This document shows positions 63,258 to 64,000 of a DNA stretch of 64,000 bases, piece after piece. Each line of letters begins with the position of its first letter. Positions within the stretch are counted from its first letter, which is position 1. The stretch lies in NCBI GenBank assembly GCA_023213395.1, contig CM041465.1:165237741-165301740 (forward strand), read 5' to 3'. The position numbers and the translations under genes are program-made. The notes beneath the pieces were generated by a model. The model made no database searches. It saw only the letters and a program-made list of their open reading frames with translations, and was not told where the DNA came from. The DNA is from Cycas panzhihuaensis. Its lineage: Eukaryota; Plantae; Cycadophyta.

Positions 63258-64000
63258 GTAGTAGAAAGTAGCTTTGAATATCTTAAAAATGGTTAAAAAT
63301 AAGTCACTAATTAAGCACAAAATAGGTTTATCAAACAGCTTGGTAAGCCTTTAAAAATCTTCAAAAGAATAAGCTGTAAAATATTGCACTCAAGGATTCA
63401 AACTTTAGGCTCTGATACCATATTAGAAAATAAATCTGCTATGAAAAATAATGGATTAATATGATGAGTAAATGATAAAGAAATAAGGCATAAGAGAGAT
63501 TAATCATATACAAGTTAACACAATGGAATAGAAGAATGACTAAACCTTAAATTAGAAAGAAGGATGATGTATATATTTATAGTGCAACTCACCACTTATA
63601 TGAGAACCCTCATTGGTCATTTTGTTGTGGGCTAGCATACATTTCTATATGGAACACAACTCAAGGAGACCTCAAATATAAAATACAAATAAATCTAGAG
63701 AGAGTATCAATGGGGATAATTATGTAATTAGGTATTACACCCAATATAAATGATGAGATAACACCTTATAATAATCCCCTCTTCAAGGCAAGGTTCCTTC
63801 CAAAGAAAATGCAAGCTTAAGTCCAAAAATACAATATCCAAGACTTTGGTGATGATAAGTTAAAATGAGCCCCATTTTCCTTTTACATAGGCGAGCAGGA
63901 ATCTAGGTGAATGTTGGCCAAAAAGTGGAATGTTAGTCAACCAAAAGGAGTAGTGCAAGTAGACCAGAATTAAGGGTTTTCTAGATTATTTGAGGTCAAC

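Overview
AT-rich plant nuclear DNA made almost entirely of nested, decayed LTR retrotransposons; no intact host gene, rRNA, tRNA or CRISPR array is visible. Element styles point to a gymnosperm-type genome (inference). Two nests can be rebuilt from LTR pairs, primer-binding sites (PBS), polypurine tracts (PPT) and target-site duplications (TSD). Nest 1: a Tat-type Gypsy remnant (T, 1-~3330, extra RNase H placed before RT), then Copia A (4607-33464, +, TSD TGAAT) containing Copia B (~7496-30864, -), which contains Copia C (9306-19076, +, TSD ATTTT) and Copia D (22477-28908, -, TSD GCTGG/GTTGG). Nest 2: degenerate Copia F (~35826-39623, +) is interrupted by element G (LTR 39624-39995 plus PBS). 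A Gypsy I (+) follows, carrying Gypsy H (40816-51335, -, TSD ACAAC) in its probable LTR and chromovirus J (54640->64000, -) after its protease. The 5' LTR of J holds non-autonomous element K (59871-63746, -, TSD TAAAT). Most interesting observations: (i) the ~4.8 kb leader of Copia C carries antisense host-gene fragments, including a clear VPS18 N-terminus and the N-terminus of a small plant CxxC protein; (ii) a ~420-nt non-coding block just upstream of gag is conserved in three Copia elements with unrelated LTRs; (iii) Gypsy H has two extra capsid-N-terminal-like domains between protease and RT. All identities were read and estimated by eye; no database searches were run.
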